Source: the human T2T-CHM13v2.0 reference genome, Homo sapiens. Taken from it: 64,000 bases of DNA. The stretch's first letter is position 1; each line of letters starts with the position of its first letter. Location: the NCBI RefSeq assembly GCF_009914755.1, contig NC_060928.1; one strand, given 5' to 3'. Position numbers and translations under genes: made by a program. The notes under the pieces were generated by a model, which did no database searches, was not told where the DNA came from, and was given only the letters and a program-made list of their open reading frames with translations. Below, piece after piece: positions 1-11,757 of the stretch.

Positions 1-1053
1 TGATCTTGTGGTTATGTTAAGAAATACAGGACTCTCTTAGAGATTCATACCAAAATACTTACAGATGAAATAATTTTCTGTGTGGATTTTCTTTAAAATA
101 ATACAGTGGAGGAAAGGAGAAATGGCGAGGTATGTAGATGAAACAAGATTTGCTATATATTGATAATTCCTGAAACAGGATGATGGCTACATGGAGATGT
201 TTTGATGTTCTTGCTACTTTTGGTTTGTTTAAAATTTTCATAATAAAAAGTAAAAGACAAGTCCCCAAAGGAGGATCAGAGAGGAGTCCTGCTATACCTC
301 TGGGTAATCACATTGCATAATGTCACTCCAAGTGTTTTTGCTTTGATGTTCCACTTGAGATATTTTATTTACTTAATGTGACCTTGCTCATACTGAAGAG
401 ACTTTACAAGATACTACATTAAGCATGATTTTTTTTTTTTAAAGTCTATATCCCATGGACATTTCCTCTGTGTGCAGAAAGTGCCAAGCCCTAGGGGTGG
501 GGTCCAGGATAGGCTCACAGGCTTGGTCACTGGCTTCCGGATTAGGACACCGTTAGGCCAGGAATGGGCTTAACTTGAGCCAGATGGGGGTGGAGTGGGG
601 TCTAAAAGAGGGGACTTTACTTCCAGTGTGATTTGATTCTGCTTTTGCGCAGCCTCAGGCAGGACTCCCACATCAGATTTCCCATACCTACCTACGGCTC
701 ATCTCATCTCTGTTTAGTAATTTTCTCTTTTCTCCATTTCTTAAAAAATTCCTTTGCTTCAGGACACCTTATTAAAGCAACTCTCTTCTGGCTGTTAGCG
801 TTAAGAATCTGTCAGTGTTTTCTATTATACACCTCTCTCAGCTGACACTCTATTCTTAATTGGCACTATTGTAGTGGGAAAAAAGACAAAAAGCTTTAGT
901 TAATGCTAGGGACCAGGCTAGGGTTTCAATCTTAACACTGTGCATCCTAGGTTAGTAGGTTTAAGTTAGTCCCCTAATTTACTTGAATATCTTTTAGTCC
1001 CAGGGAACTTCTCTGTTATTTGCAGTGAGTGCTTTGTCTACACACACTGGCAC

Positions 1054-1142
1054 ATTCAATAGTCTTGTCAGAGTTCTTGTCACTGCCTCTTTGGGACAGC
1101 ATACACTATGCCAATCATTTTAACAACTGCTTTCTGTGTTAA
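1054..1142 (+). repeat. 89-bp direct repeat, copy 1 (copy 2 at 3108-3196)
   Basis: ATTCAATAGTCTTGTCAGAGTTCTTGTCACT...CTGCTTTCTGTGTTAA aligns ungapped to 3108-3196 with 6 mismatches. Confidence 0.95.
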
Positions 1143-1256
1143 CCAACCAAAGGGAAGTCCCTTTGCCAGGGTGATTAGATTCTTCACCTAAATTCAGCCC
1201 AAGCTCAATGGTTTTCCAAATAGGCAAACTCTTGGAAATATTGGAGGAAATACCAA

Positions 1257-1316
1257 TCCTTCCAATTGGTATATTCCACAGGGTGGTAACACTATAGAAT
1301 ATACCAATTGGAAGGA
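1257..1316. repeat. Perfect inverted repeat, 20-bp arms, 20-nt loop
   Basis: TCCTTCCAATTGGTATATTC (1257-1276) is the exact reverse complement of GAATATACCAATTGGAAGGA (1297-1316). Confidence 0.95.
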
Positions 1317-3107
1317 CTTTTAGAAATTATCTTATCTACTACCTTCATTTTATGGATTTTAAAATAGGCTAGAATATTTGAATGGCTATTCAAAGTCAGA
1401 AATCTATTTAGTACAATACAGTCTCTTGACTTCCATTTAGAAATGGATTCAGCCATTAGTATTTTTAAAATTCACTTTTTAAATAAGGATTTTCATCATA
1501 AATTAATGTGGGAGTTGAAAAAAGATATACTTCTTAAATATTTATTTTACCTTAAAACGTGTCAAATATCCCTTCATTTGCAGTTTGTGAAAGCTGTCCT
1601 AATTGGATACCCATAAGTATCATCTTTAATTTTCACTTTCTTTAAAGGAACTTGAGTGGACTAAAATGTATAGATATTTGTTAAGGAATCTGACTGCAGA
1701 ATTCTAAATTTTTAAGACTAAGTCTTTTACCATTTAGTACTTAATAGCTAACTTAGCAATATTTTTAGCAACTCACTTCATTGAGTCTTTCCGAAGAATA
1801 CAAGCTGTTTCAATAGAAACAATAAGTTCTTCTCTTTACATACTCATATTTTATCAGTTACCTTAATATTTAATTAAATTATGGAGTTAAAATTACACGT
1901 ACCCAGGCAGTGACAGGTTTAGAAAGCACAGTCTTGGTAAGCACAGTAGCTGAGGGACACAAAAGTATAGGGGTATACCAGGGAATTACCTACGATCCAC
2001 AAGCAGGCTTTAGTCAGTAGGTTTGCAAAAGTAATAGAGAGTTTTAGTTTATCTGGCTGGATGGTTATGTGGTGGCCATTTAAAACATCATTTTAAAAAT
2101 AAGCACTTTTCCTACTGATGTGCTTTGGGGCTTGTGGGCTAATGTTGGAGACCTGGTTCCAGCTTCCCTGTCTCCTGGAAACTTTGCCACCTCCCTATTC
2201 CTGGTCCTAGGGCCCGTGTCCAGGAGCATAGCTCTGTAGGAAGACTGTGGGATTAGCTCACACTTCCTGCTCTGTGAAATCTCTTTCTGCTTTTAAGCAC
2301 CTGGATATTTCTATTTCTATATTTCAAACTCAGTTATGCATTACTTTTTTGGATCATATTTTATCCAGAACATCTATCTGTTTTTTGGAAAAGAGAACCC
2401 ATTCCCATCAGCTTAGTTCATTCCCACTGCTTAGGTCAGCAGTCCTCTGGAAGACCTTCGTAGTCCAAGTAATATTGATTCAGGAAGAAAGAGCTGTGAT
2501 TCTTTTAGTGAAATGTCGCAGTGGGGTCTTTGTTTGTTTTCCAGAAGGCAGACACAGGCTTCCTATCGGGGGAATCTCCTTTGCTTATGCCCACTCAGTA
2601 GTAGAGGTGTCTTTGCTCTGACATCCTCCCTAGCCCGCCGCATTACTCCCACATTGCCTTGGAAGTACTCCAAGTTATCATTGCTTTTTGTCTCCCTGGA
2701 AGCCAAGTTTTAATTCCACTTCCTATTATCCCATCACTCTGTCTCTTGGACATTCTTCCTTTGATACAGAACTGTCAGGCCCCTTTGTAAAGTGTAAACT
2801 TATTACAGTCCCTTTACTCACCCCGGCACTAATGTCTTGACTTCAAATAAATGTCCCGAAGCTCTGTTGGCTGGCCTTTACGGAGCAGCACATTTTTAAG
2901 TTACTTTCCATCTACTGTCCTCTTTTACTTTGTTTAAGATGTAAAATGAGGGCAAAGAATCAGGGGCTTAACTGATGGTGTGCAATTTCCTGCTGTCTCT
3001 ATACCTTTTTTATGACATTAATTCATTGCCACTTCTCTGACCTGTGGAATCTCTTCTGGATAGAAATGACTATGAGTTAAAATAAAGTTAAAAAAAATAC
3101 CAATTTG

Positions 3108-3196
3108 ATTCAATAGTCTTGTCAGAGTTCTTGTCACTACCTCTCTGGGACAGCATACACTACTGCAGTCATTTTAACAACTGCTTTCTGTGTTAA
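3108..3196 (+). repeat. 89-bp direct repeat, copy 2
   Basis: 83/89 identity to 1054-1142, offset 2054 bp. Confidence 0.95.
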
Positions 3197-3576
3197 AACA
3201 CATATCTTAATTACTCATCTCCTCTACCTGAAGGTTACAGTTTTGATTTAGTTTCCTTTGGTTAGAAAATAAGTGACATCCACTTAAAGTACTTAAAGTC
3301 ATCTAAATTTCCTGCCTCTACTGACTTCTCTATTTTGTTAATTTTCTCCAAACAGATCATTATGGTACAAGTACCAAGAAAAACATCCAGTTTGAGTTTT
3401 TTGTTCTCAGCATTATCATTTGATATTCTACTGTCAGAGTTTCTCAAATGTGTAGGTAGGTTGTTTGGGTTGTAAATAATAGATGCTGATTCTAGTTCAT
3501 TTAAACACACAATAACAATTTATTGGTGGATACTAGGTGCTCTGAAAATCAAGGGGAGGCCTTCAGGAAATGGTTG

Positions 3577-4500
3577 GTGTGTTAATCAGTTATTGCCACA
3601 ATAATGTTACATAAAAAACCACCTCAAAATTCAGAGGCTTGAAACAGGGTTGACTGTGGGTTGGTGGATCCTGGATGGGCTTGGCTGAGGTGGTAGGTTG
3701 AGTATTTGCCACCCAAAATAGGTATTCCTGTGACATGGGGATATAACCTTAAATGGCAAACATACAGTATTTAAGGACCTAGTGATAGAAAGATTATCCT
3801 GGATTATCTAAGTTGGTCCTAAATGTATCATAAGTGTCCTTATGAGAGGGAGGCAGAAGGAGATTGTGCACGGAAGGCAGATGTGTGATGTACAAGACAG
3901 AGATATTTGAGGACACCATGCTGCTGGCTTTAAAGATGGAAGAAGGGGCCATGAGCCAAAGAAGGAAGCTCTACAAGCTGAAAATGGCAAGGAAACAGAT
4001 TCTCCCCTAGAGTCTCTGGAAGGAGCATGGCCCTACCCACACCTTGGTTTCAGTTCAGTGGAACTTCTTTTTGGGCCTCCAAAACTGTAAGAGAATAAAT
4101 TTGTGTTGCTTTGAGCTACCACCTTTGCAGTAATATGTTGGAGCAGCCGTAAGATTCTAATACAGCTGTGTAGCTCTGCTTCGGGTTGCAGGTTGGCTGG
4201 GCTCAGCTCCAGGCTTTGAGTTGGGTTTAGATGTGCTCCATGTGTGTACTTCTGGGGACCCAGGGAGAGGAAAGACCCTTCCTGGGCCATGCTCTTTTTA
4301 TGGCAAGTCACTAGAGCATACACATTAAGTCAAGCCACACAAGCATGTTTAAGTCCTCTGTGCATCCCCTTGGCTAATTCCTTTGACCAAAGCAAGTTAC
4401 GTGGCCAAGCCCAACATCAGTGGGGCAGGGAGTCATAGTCAGCCTACAGTGGAAGGTAGGGGTTGAGGAGAATAAATGTTAGCTGAACTATAATCCAGTC
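3577..4500 (-). mobile_element. Old MaLR LTR (MLT1J/L-like), split by a younger MLT1 insertion
   Basis: MLT1-type ends (gttaatcagttattgccacaataatg...; gaccaaagcaagttacgtggccaagcccaac) on both sides of 3689-4164; boundaries approximate. Confidence 0.6.
3689..4164 (+). mobile_element. MLT1C/D-like solo LTR
   Basis: Typical MLT1C/D body (gattatcctggattatc, gattctcccctagagtctctggaaggagc, aataaatttgtgttg), ends ...taataca; 5-bp TSD GCTGA/GCTGT. Confidence 0.8.
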
Positions 4501-6139
4501 CATTACTGGCAGGGATCAAGTGAATTGGCTGACTTGAACCACAGCCAGGGTGGTCTACCTACCACAAGGACAGCCTCCTTGTAGTCATTCTGTATTGGGG
4601 GCTGCTACTACTGGCTCCTGGGCACAGGAGACTGCCATTACCACTTAATGAATTCTAAACTGCTTCTTCCTTTTTTTTTTTGTTTAAATCACCTGTCAAG
4701 TGTCAATGTCCTACGTACAAACATTTGATTGGCCAAATCTAGTTTATAAGTTCAGAGAAAGCAATTGTCTCAACTTTTCAACTTCTGTATCAAGAGGCGG
4801 GGTCCTGCCTATTGCATATGAATTTTGGGTGGACACAAGCATTTAGAACACAGCAAACAATTAGACCACAGCAAGCAATTTACCTTTACACTAGGGCAGC
4901 AAGTGTTGAACATTTACTGCCTGCATTTTTCTGGGTGAGGTTCAGGTGATTAGGACTGGTCTTCTCCCAAGCTCTGACCCTTATTCTCTTGGCCTGGGCT
5001 TTGTACATTTGTGTTTTCCTTGTCTCCCTCTATATGTTAAGAAGTTTGCTCCTGCAGTGAGACCCAACATTGTAAAGGGTAGATGGGTTTATTCCATAAG
5101 GAAAGTATTAGAAAACCCATTTAGGGGAAGGTTCAGGTGCAGGCTTGAATCTGGCACTGTCAGCTATTAAGCTGATATTTTGATATCGATTTGACCTCTG
5201 TGTCTATTTTTCAACTGATTCCAAATTTATAATATGAGGGGGTGCAATTGGCAACCTCAAACTCGCTGACATTATTTTAAAGGGAGGCAAAAAGTAAAAC
5301 TTGAAGTAGAGAGTGGTCAGGCACTCTCAACTCTAGCCCTATCTTATTGAACTAGTTTCATATCCTATAAAATAGTTTATTTTTATATACATGAATGGCT
5401 AAATGCCGAATGTCAAAAATAACCTGAGAAGGCAGATGACAATAGTTGAGTGGTAACCACAGTGATGAGCAACCTAAAGTGTTTGTAGTCCTGTGAGTGG
5501 GCTCAGAGAAGCTGACTATGACAGTAGCACATTATTGGGAGCTGGGACAGATCAGTTGCTGACTGCCTCCTATGTGTTAAAGTTTCTCTACTTTTGGATT
5601 ATACTGGCTACATGCTTTCTGGGGAGTGCAGACGGAGCTGAGCGGACCTCACTCCAGCTCTTTCACCATGTGGGTGCAAGGACTTTCGCAGCAAGTAGTC
5701 TCTAGAGTGGGAAGTCATTATGGTCTTCTTAAGGTGTTAATAGTTATTTCTTTTCAGAGCAGCAGGAGGATGGACAGAAGAACCATCAATTCAAGGGTAA
5801 TTCTTTCCTTTAATTTCTCCATCTTGACCCAGTCCACACTTCTTTTCAGATTTGAGTATCCTGGACAAGTCTAAGATGAAGCTTCACTTTTCTATGTGTT
5901 TGGAGAGCATGAAAGATACCAAAGCTTATCCTGAAGTATACTTCCTCTGCAATTCAGAGAAATTAGACTTGAAAATAGTTCCTCAAGTTTGTATAGTTAT
6001 GTAGACATGTCTTTAATAGGACTTTTCCAAAGCGAATTTTATAGATCAAAGCAAAGATGCAACCCAAGATTAAAGACACCTAAATAGAAACTTAATGAAA
6101 ACTTGATACAAATGACAGACATATGTAGCTAGAGTTATA

Positions 6140-6578
6140 TGAGAGTGGCATGGACATTGGATTTTATTTCCCACCCAGCATCATTTTCCAGTCTTCTGAT
6201 ACTAGTAATTTTATTTTTCTTGAGTGAAATCACCCCTCCTCTACCCTCATTCTGTGTGATTTGGATGGGGCTGACTCTACTTTTTGCATATTGAGAACTG
6301 CTGTATGACCCAAATTGATCCAATGAGCTAAAATCTCATGGATTTTGATAGGACAACTAGCGGTCCTGTGTGTGGATGCAGCAACAGAGATAAGCAAAAT
6401 CAAGAGATAAGGAGAGTAACAACTAAGTACTAACAATATAAGTTGAATACCTGGGTTCAGTCAAGTCTGAAACTCTGCTGCCTCTGGACTTCTCAGGATA
6501 TTTGAGCCAACGGATCTGCTCCTTTTACTCAAATTTGGATTGTACTTTTGTTACAAATTAAGGAGCTCCTACTCATAT
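6140..6578 (+). mobile_element. Degraded MLT1K/L-like LTR
   Basis: 3' part resembles the MLT1K end (cctctggacttctcag...tgagccaa...ttttgttac); approximate. Confidence 0.45.
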
Positions 6579-7902
6579 AAAGAGCAGGGAGAAGATAAGA
6601 AAAATACAGGCAGCATGATATAGCAAGTGGAAAGAGCACAGGCCTGGGTTATTGGCCCCAGTTCCATAACGAAACACTTCTGGGACTTTTTCTTTACCCG
6701 TGAAATGAAGCTAAAGCTTTTTCAATGTTATTTGTTTAATTGAGGATCAAAAAGACTACAGAGCCATGCAACTAGTTTCCAGCACAGTCCTATAAGGAGC
6801 AGCTGACCTATGTTCTCATTTTGGGGTTCTGTTCACAAGCCTTTCTCTCCAAGACTAGTTTCCTTTTATGGTATTTGATTGACACTCTCCATAACCTTTG
6901 GGAATTCACATGGAGAAAATGATAATAAGAATAGGTCATGAACGAATATTTCTTTTATGACAGAGAAACACTCAGTATTAGATACAAGAAGAGGCAGTGG
7001 AAAAACTGACCCATGCTTTAGACCAAGGATTGATGCATTAGAGATTTTTCTTTCTCATTATAGTCTTTGAGAAATGTTTGAGGAGGATTTAAGTCAACTA
7101 TTTATTAGATCCCCATTGCCTGGTAGTATGCCTGCTTCACAGTGAGTACTCAATACATATTTACTAAACAGTTGAGTATTTGCGGTTATTTCTGCTTGGA
7201 TTACAGAGTCCTTCATTTAAATTAATAACATTTCTCCCCTAAAAAAGGAGATCCCAGAAGTCTATTTCCTTTTTTATTACTAAAAAATGTTTTAAAGTGG
7301 TATTTTCTTATTCATGGCAACACATTTTTTAAAAGGGACTTTATTTGTGATAGTTATTGCATTTTTTTCTGTAAAATTTTACATTTGGCCCCTTATTCAT
7401 TTTCTCAAATTTGTTTGATTTACTTTTCATGTTTCTCTAAAAGATTAACTTCCTCCTTTCTAAAAAAGTCAATATTATTCATGGTTGAAGTTGTATTTTC
7501 TTAAATGTTAGCACATTCTATCCTCTTGCATCTTATTTGCCATGGTAGTTCCTTTACTGCACGGAGAATCTGAAACAGATTTAGATAGAATTGGGTCACA
7601 GATTATTAAATAACCAGCCTCTCTACCTAGTCCTGTAAAATTTACAGATGAAAATATATTTCCTTTTTTTTTGTCCATCACTGCAGAGCATTTCTCACCC
7701 CTGAAACTGAATGGAAATTTGTTCATGATCTGAATTTATTCAGTGGTATCTCTTATTTGTACCCCTTGTTGAGGTCATTTTTAAGCCCTCAAACCAGGTT
7801 TGCAAGTAGTTTTCCTCCTTTCAGCTATTTATTTTTTCATATTCCCTTCCTCTCTCATATACACTGGCCTTGCATCTCTTCAACCATTCCATTATTACTA
7901 AA

Positions 7903-8458
7903 CTTCTTTCCTTCCTTCCTTCCTTCTTTCCTTCTTTCCTTCCTTCCTTCCTCCTTCCCTCCCTCCTTTCCCTTCCTTTCCCTTCCTTTCCCTTCCTTTC
8001 CCTTCCTTTCTCTTCCTTTCTCTTCCTTTCCTTTCCTTTCCTTTCCTTTCCTTTCCTTTCCTTTCCTTTCCTTTCCTTTCCTTTCCTTTCCCTTCCTTTC
8101 CTTTCCCTTCTGTTCCTTTCCTTTCCCTTCCTTTCCTTTCCTTTCCTTTCCTTTCCTTTCCTTTCCTTTCCTTTCCTTTCCTTTCCTTTCCTTTCCCTTC
8201 CTTTCCCTTCCTTTCCTTTCCTTTCCCTTCCGTTCCTTTCCCTTCCGTTCCTTTCCTTTCCCTTCCTTTCCTTTCCTTTCCTTTCCTTTCCTTTCCTTTC
8301 CTTTCCTTTCCTTTCCTTTCCTTTCCTTTCCTTTCTTTCCTTTCCCTTCCTTTCTCTCTTTCTCTCCTTCTCTCTTTCCTTCCTTCCTTCCTTCCCTCCT
8401 TCCTTCCATCTTTCCTTCTCCCCCTCCATTTCTCTCTCCCTTCCATCCATCTTTCCTT
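7903..8458. repeat. Polypyrimidine simple repeat: (TTCC)n flanks with a (TTTCC)n/(CTTCC)n pentamer core
   Basis: Directly visible; produces the low-complexity FPFLS / KERKG ORFs. Confidence 0.98.
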
Positions 8459-8789
8459 AATAAATGCTTCAGAACTGATTTACTATTAGATGCCTTCCTT
8501 CTAGAAATTCTTGGCCACTCACTTGGGTCCAATGCTCAGGGATCCATTTTTATTTTTTGCTTTTTACATTCTCTTTGTTCTCCTCTAATTTATGTAACTT
8601 CAGACCTCTGGGGTTTTCTTTTTCATCTTTTCTGCAAGAAATAACAGTAAAATAGAAATACAATCTAACTTTCAGGAAGCAGAACTATGAGATTACTGTC
8701 TTGTGTTCATAACTGGCTCTGAGATGTATTTTCCTGGCATGTTAGCCTTTCTGTATGTTGAGCAGAAACAGAGGAAGAGAGAGTCTAGC

Positions 8790-9060
8790 TCTCTAGTTTA
8801 GAGCAAGGGTTCTTGTTACCAGCTGTCTGGGTTGAATTCTGGCTTTGCTATTTATCAGTGTGTGACCTTAGGTAAGTTACTTAGCTTATTTGTGTTCAAC
8901 TTCCTCATTTTAAAATGAGAAGATACTAACAGTACCTAATGGATTAAAATATTAAATTTAATCCTATTGGATTATAACCTCCATGCAGCTTGGAGGTTTA
9001 AAATCAATAGTATATGATAAACTCTTGAAAATCTCCTATACATGCTAACTGTTATTATTA
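8790..9060 (+). mobile_element. MIR
   Basis: MIR core: tgtgtgaccttaggtaagttacttagc...ttcctcattttaaaatgag. Confidence 0.7.
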
Positions 9061-9148
9061 AGTGGAAATTACATCCCAAATGCCTAACTTTAGAAACAAA
9101 CATTAAAATAATCCAGTCATTCAGGCAATGAATAAAGAACTGTATATA

Positions 9149-9417
9149 TTTTTTTCTTTTTTAGACATGGTCTGGCTCTATTGCTCAGGCTGGAGTACAG
9201 TGGCCCAATCTTGGCTCATCGCAGCCTCTGCCCCACAGGCTCAAACCATCCTCCTACCTTAGCCTCCCCATGCTCGGCTAATTTTTCCATTTTTTTCTGT
9301 AGAGATGGCATTTTACCAAGTTGCCCAGGCTGGTCTTGAACTCATGGGCTCAATCCATCCATCCACCTTGGCCTCCCAAAGTGCTGGGATTACAGGTGTG
9401 AGCCACCATGCCTGACC
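9149..9417 (-). mobile_element. AluJ-type SINE with small internal deletion
   Basis: Poly-T then reverse Alu (gcctcccaaagtgctgggattacaggtgtgagccacc); J-type diagnostics (gggctcaa, ttgcccaggctggtc). Confidence 0.9.
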
Positions 9418-9559
9418 CTCAGACTATAATTTCAAAGGGATTAAGGTATATAGCATTAGAAGCAAGAGCAAAAGTCTAGAAAAAAATTCTTTCTATATTA
9501 AGGAAAATATTATGGACATTTATTAAAAGATTTTTGATATATTTATATGTTGTGAGAAG

Positions 9560-10141
9560 AGATATTTTACATATCTATTGCTGCATAATTGTCACCCCCA
9601 AATTAGAGGCATAAAACAACCACCATTTTATTTGCTCATGAATTCTGTGGGTCAGGAATTTGGACAGAGCAAAGAATGGATGATCTTGTTTCTGCCACAT
9701 AATATCTGGAATTTCTACATTGTATGAATTTTACTTGGAAAGATTCAAATGACTAGGGATTGGAATCATTTGGAGGCTTCCTCACTCGCATGTCTGGTAA
9801 TGGATAAATGGATTGAAGGCTTGGCTCAGCTGGGACTACTGATTGGTGTCTGTCTACCTGTATCCTCTCCATGTGGCTTGGACTCCCTCAAAACGTGGCA
9901 GCCTTAGGATACCTCAGGGTAGCCAGACTTCTTACTTGGCAATTCCAGGTGCCAAGAGTACGTCTGTGCTCCAGAGAACAAGGAGGAGACTCTTATGACC
10001 TAGCCTCTGAAGTCACATTGTATCACTTGCACCAAACTCTACTCGTTGAAGTAGTTTTGAGCCTGACCTAACTCAAGGGATGGAAATATAGTTAGTGAGA
10101 GAAGTATCAAAGAATTTGTGGCTGTGTTTTTAATCACCACA
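9560..10141 (-). mobile_element. MLT1F/G/H-like solo LTR
   Basis: ctattgctgcataa...tctgtgggtcaggaatttgg...gacctagcctctgaagtcaca...taatcaccac. Confidence 0.7.
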
Positions 10142-10349
10142 AAAGGCTGCAGAAAAGTTACTTGCACATCATTCTAGTTGCATCTGCTGGTTGCAATGAG
10201 TAGGGTGGTCTTATTCACAAAAACATAGGATTAAAAAATACAGAATGTTGTGGAAGGAAAGTCTTTTAATAAGAAGCATCTATAGGAAAAATAGTGTTTT
10301 GGTCTCAACCCTTTCTGATTTATGGTACTTTGATGTTGTTAAAATACTT

Positions 10350-11400
10350 GATTCTCTTTTTTAGCTTTCTCCCACTCCCAGATTATACAAGTAATATTTG
10401 TTTTGTAGAAATACAAAAAGTACATACAAATATGAGGAAGCAGACTATGCCTCCATCAACCCTCCCACAAATAGTTCTACTACCAACAGGGAGATACTAT
10501 TAGTATTCTAATATAGTTCTCTCTCTCCAGTTTTTTATAATAGTTTTTATGGTTTGCATAATACTGTATGTATGACATTATGTTGCCCAGTTTTTCAATT
10601 TAAGATTCTGTTATAAGCATTTTTCTTTATATAATTAAAAGTTACTTGTAACCTTTTCTCTTTGTCACTCTATTATTAGTAGGTTTTTAAATGAAAAATT
10701 TTAATTTCAATTAAAACAACACATGCTCATGATAAAGCTTGAAAATACACAGCTGCATAAAATTTTAAAAAGAAATCTACTTCCTCAAGCAAATCTAAGT
10801 TATTGTCTATAACTAGATGTATAATTAACATTTTTTTAAAATAGGATTTTTAGTTTATTTTTTTAAAACTTTTTCCTCCTTAACTTTAGTGAATATTGAA
10901 TGTTCACTTTAACATTTCTAGATTTACCTTTATTTACATAATTCCTTATCATGTTTTCCAATATTTGATATTATAAATATGCTGCAACAAACATCTTTGA
11001 ACGTGAAAACATTTTTTTTGCACGCTTGTAAACCTTTTGTGTAGGAGAGACCTAGGAATGAAAATATTGGTTTGAAGGACGTCCATTTAACATTTTGATA
11101 GATAATGCTGCATTTGTAATCATCTGGTTTAATGGTTGCATAATAGTTTCATATGTACATGTAATTTCATTTGCTTAATCATTTCCCAGAATTGGAAAGT
11201 GAGGTTGTCTGCAGTTTTTCCCAATGATAAATAATGCTGCATGAATATCCTCATGTGAAACCTTTGTCAGCATTACTTTAGGATTGAATTTTTACAAAGG
11301 AAATTAGTTGTTATACCGTACACATGTTTTAAATACTCCTCATTTATATTGCTAAATTGCTTTTCCAGAAGTGTTGTATCAGTTTACACACCTGGTACCT
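10350..11400 (-). mobile_element. Ancient L1ME-like fragments
   Basis: Degraded reverse L1 3' sequence (aatgctgcatgaatatcctcatgtg, tattgctaaattgcttttccagaa); approximate. Confidence 0.55.
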
Positions 11401-11684
11401 GCAAACCTTTGAGCTTGAGATCAGGCTAAAATGTTGCTATAAAATGTTATGACTGGCTCTTAATTTCCCATACTTAAGGTTAATAGTAACTGGTTAAAAA
11501 AAAAAGGCCAGTATTTGGACAGAGAATGAATACTTCTCAAGTGATTCATATATTACTCAAAATGCCACGGAGTTTCTGTTAAGAATGTCCTTTGCTGTCC
11601 CTTGGCTGTTGCTTCCTATGTCTGCACAATTAGGAAGTCTCGATAAGTATTAGTGGCAGTCAGATCACTTACCTAATATGAGTC

Positions 11685-11757
11685 TATCCTATATGAATAT
11701 GAAGTAGAGAATGCTCTATAGAGCTGCAGATTCTCTACTTCATATTCATATAGGATA
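11685..11757. repeat. Perfect inverted repeat, 28-bp arms, with inner 12-bp palindrome
   Basis: TATCCTATATGAATATGAAGTAGAGAAT (11685-11712) / ATTCTCTACTTCATATTCATATAGGATA (11730-11757); spacer GCTCTATAGAGC + TGCAG. Confidence 0.97.

Noticed and set aside
4843-4878. 18-bp tandem duplication (also a 21-bp one near 59085-59126)
   Set aside because: Ordinary slippage duplications with mismatches
7757-8644. Long ORFs of 182-295 aa on both strands
   Set aside because: Artefacts of the stop-free (TTTCC)n repeat (FPFLS / KERKG)
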